Positions 16,619 to 18,798 of a stretch of DNA of 18,798 nucleotides are shown piece after piece. Under the pieces are notes generated by a model, which was given only the letters and a program-made list of their open reading frames with translations, was not told the origin of the DNA and did no database searches. This DNA is from Promethearchaeota archaeon. Its GTDB lineage: Archaea > Asgardarchaeota > Lokiarchaeia > Sigyniarchaeales > SOKP01. Each line of letters opens with the position of its first letter. Within the stretch, counting starts at the first letter, position 1. The stretch is from contig RDOE01000061.1 of the NCBI GenBank assembly GCA_011364975.1, forward strand, positions 1 to 18,798. The letters are read 5' to 3'. The position numbers and the translations under genes are program-made.

Positions 16619-17380
16619 TTAGTTTAACTGGCCAAAATAAATTTCAGTATCATATTCAATCCTGATTAATCCATTTTTTTGGTGTTTATTATATAGCTCT
16701 TTTAGTTCATTTAACATTTGAATGAAATTAGCGCTCTCCTCCTGTGGAATATACGATGTTGAGAGTAATCTCCCCTTTAAGCTTTCAAAATTCAACTCTT
16801 GATAATTATAAAAAGTAGCTTTATTATATTTAAAGAATTTATCAACATTTTTCTCATTCTTTCTGACTTCTTTATAATCAGTGCCATATTTCAGGATGAA
16901 TTGTTCATAATCAGATGAAAAATTTGTTCCATATTTCCTTCGATTATTCCATATTAATATAACGTAACCCTTAGGTTTTAAAATTCTTCTGAACTCAGTT
17001 TTAGTTTCATTAAGCATAAACCAGTGAAAAGCTTGCCCTGCAGTTATAAGATCGATAGATAATTCTCTTAAGTTTGTTGATTCTGCAGATCCTTTTATAC
17101 TCATAAAGTTAGAATATTTTTTAAGAAAATTTTCGCTCGCCCTCCTCATATCATCATTTGGTTCTATTCCATATACTATGTTTCCATTCTTTAGGAATAA
17201 TTCACTTAATATTCCTGTTCCAGAACCGATATCTGCAATTTTAGAATCTTTTTTAAGAATTTCTTGTTTGATAAGAAAGGGTATTATTTCATTAGGATAA
17301 CTAGGACGATACTTAATATAATTTTCTACTCGAGAAGAAAATCTTGTTTTAGGATCAACTTTATATCCAGTATTGGGCAT
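16619..17380 (-). CDS. Class I SAM-dependent methyltransferase
   Basis: RFSSRVENYIKYRPSYP, motif I ADIGSGTG, GIEPN..MR, DLITAGQAFHWF and RILKPKG. Confidence 0.9.
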   Translation of the reverse strand: MPNTGYKVDPKTRFSSRVENYIKYRPSYPNEIIPFLIKQEILKKDSKIADIGSGTGILSELFLKNGNIVYGIEPNDDMRRASENFLKKYSNFMSIKGSAESTNLRELSIDLITAGQAFHWFMLNETKTEFRRILKPKGYVILIWNNRRKYGTNFSSDYEQFILKYGTDYKEVRKNEKNVDKFFKYNKATFYNYQELNFESLKGRLLSTSYIPQEESANFIQMLNELKELYNKHQKNGLIRIEYDTEIYFGQLN

Positions 17381-17510
17381 TAATTATTGATAATTTTGAA
17401 TCTAATAAAAAGAGTCAGATTTAATTAATACTATCAAAGCTCTTAAAATTACAAAACTTAATTCATATAAAACAAAATTAAAAATTAATAAATTCTTCTC
17501 ACAAATCATA

Positions 17511-18798
17511 ATGCTGGGTAATGGCTATTTTGGTGAATGGATTATCGATGAACATGGATTACCTGCTTACAATTATAAATGTAATCAATTAATAGATCCA
17601 AAAGCAAAAACTAAAACTACTTATGGTTTTTCAACTGATCATTTTCATCAAATAGGAAATGATAGAATAATGGGCACTGCTCATAATGGAGGATATGTTC
17701 AAATCTTAGATGGATCTAGAGGATTTAAATGGTTAACATACCAAGACAGTAATAATGGTAAGCTTGGTGGCGGAATAGGTCTATATTATTTTGAGAATGA
17801 AAAAACCTGCTTTTCGGACCTCTACACTTTTGAGAACTTAAATAAATTTACTAAATTTGAGAGAATCTTCGGAATTGGTTATTTCAAGAAGAAATATAAA
17901 TTTAATGATATAGATATTCAACATAGCATTTGTACTCCATTTTCAGATGATCCTATTGTCATATCCGAATTTTTAGTCTCATCCAATTATGATAATTCAA
18001 ACAATAATAAAATTAAAATCGTGGATTTATGGGATATTAATATTCACCCAATTTTAAAATCTTTAATTGTAACTTGGAAGAATCGCAAGAGATTCGGAAT
18101 ATCTAAACTATTCAACTTAGTAGGAAGAATAATAACATTAACTTTTAAACTTATTAGAAGGGATACAGAAAGTACTAGAAGAAGATTTGCTAGGAAATTC
18201 AAATATATAATTTCCTATAATCCGGAATTAAAAACTATTATTTTAACACCAAAGTATAAAAAGAAACCACCTGTTGCTAAGGATGAACCATCTAAATACG
18301 ACTATTATCCCAAATCCCTCTTTTTAACTATGTTCAACCAAATAGATGTCAAATTTTTTATTAATAAAAGAAATTTATTCAAAGGAAATGATATTTCTAT
18401 AAATTGGGATTCAAGAGTTGAGTTAAGGAAAATTAAAAAGCAAGGCTTATGCTTAGGTGCAGGAGTTAGCCTAAATCTAAATAATGATAGAAATAAAAGA
18501 ATAATCACGCTTTTTGGATATGAAGAGCTGGATAAAATAGAAGGATTAGTGAAAAAGTACAAGCAAATTGTCTCAAATCAATCAATATTAGAATGGAGTG
18601 CAAACCAGTGGCAAAAATCAATAATCAGCTTAGATATTAAAGATGAGCCTCAACTTTTTCGTGAAACTATATGGCATTCATATTATACACGCAGTGCTTT
18701 ATTTTATGATGAATATTATAAAAAGCATCGTCTATATCAAGGTTCAGTTTATCTATTTGGACATGGTATTGATGGATCGATTCGAGATTATATTCTTT
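17511..18798 (+). CDS. Large glycoside hydrolase/phosphorylase-like protein (GH94/cellobiose phosphorylase-like), 3'-truncated by the window
   Basis: Absent from the ORF track because there is no stop in the window. Manual translation is open for 429 codons from ATG 17511: MLGNGYFGEWIIDEHGLPAYNY...HQIGNDRIMGTAHNGGYVQ...ERIFGIGY...RETIWHSYY...YQGSVYLFGHGIDGSIRDYIL. The GN..NGG, G.GY and G..RD elements resemble GH94-like architecture. The ORF is secure; the family call is tentative. Confidence 0.65.
   Translation, partial: MLGNGYFGEWIIDEHGLPAYNYKCNQLIDPKAKTKTTYGFSTDHFHQIGNDRIMGTAHNGGYVQILDGSRGFKWLTYQDSNNGKLGGGIGLYYFENEKTCFSDLYTFENLNKFTKFERIFGIGYFKKKYKFNDIDIQHSICTPFSDDPIVISEFLVSSNYDNSNNNKIKIVDLWDINIHPILKSLIVTWKNRKRFGISKLFNLVGRIITLTFKLIRRDTESTRRRFARKFKYIISYNPELKTIILTPKYKKKPPVAKDEPSKYDYYPKSLFLTMFNQIDVKFFINKRNLFKGNDISINWDSRVELRKIKKQGLCLGAGVSLNLNNDRNKRIITLFGYEELDKIEGLVKKYKQIVSNQSILEWSANQWQKSIISLDIKDEPQLFRETIWHSYYTRSALFYDEYYKKHRLYQGSVYLFGHGIDGSIRDYIL

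Noticed and set aside
18305-18562. 85-aa minus-strand ORF
   Set aside because: Antisense shadow of the long plus-strand ORF starting at 17511.
1-18798. CRISPR arrays, tRNA/rRNA, IS elements and long repeats
   Set aside because: Intergenic gaps are short and AT-rich. No regularly spaced repeats, GC-rich structured RNA or transposase motifs were seen by eye.

Overview
AT-rich, densely coding prokaryotic window. It is most likely from an Asgard archaeon (Lokiarchaeia/Promethearchaeia-like). That assignment is inference from GGTGA/GAGG ribosome-binding sites, frequent non-ATG starts, T-tract terminators and the gene families present. The left 8 kb is a co-directional minus-strand citrate/TCA cluster: sucC-sucD (succinyl-CoA synthetase family), an ADP-ribosylglycohydrolase, aclB-aclA (a complete two-subunit ATP citrate lyase whose motifs closely match eukaryotic ACLY) and an isocitrate dehydrogenase-family gene. 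Further right are a GPH-family MFS transporter, an MtaA/CmuA-like URO-D family protein, an alpha/beta hydrolase, a membrane protein, class II fumarase abutting an FMN 2-hydroxy-acid dehydrogenase, a small protein with a poly-Lys tail, an MBL-fold hydrolase, a SAM methyltransferase, and a GH94-like gene that runs off the end and is missing from the ORF track. Most notable: the ACL/TCA cluster; aclB and aclA in frame one stop codon from an animal-style fusion; an apparent ATT start for sucC; and a candidate malate-type partner enzyme next to fumC. No RNA genes, CRISPR arrays or mobile elements were seen.
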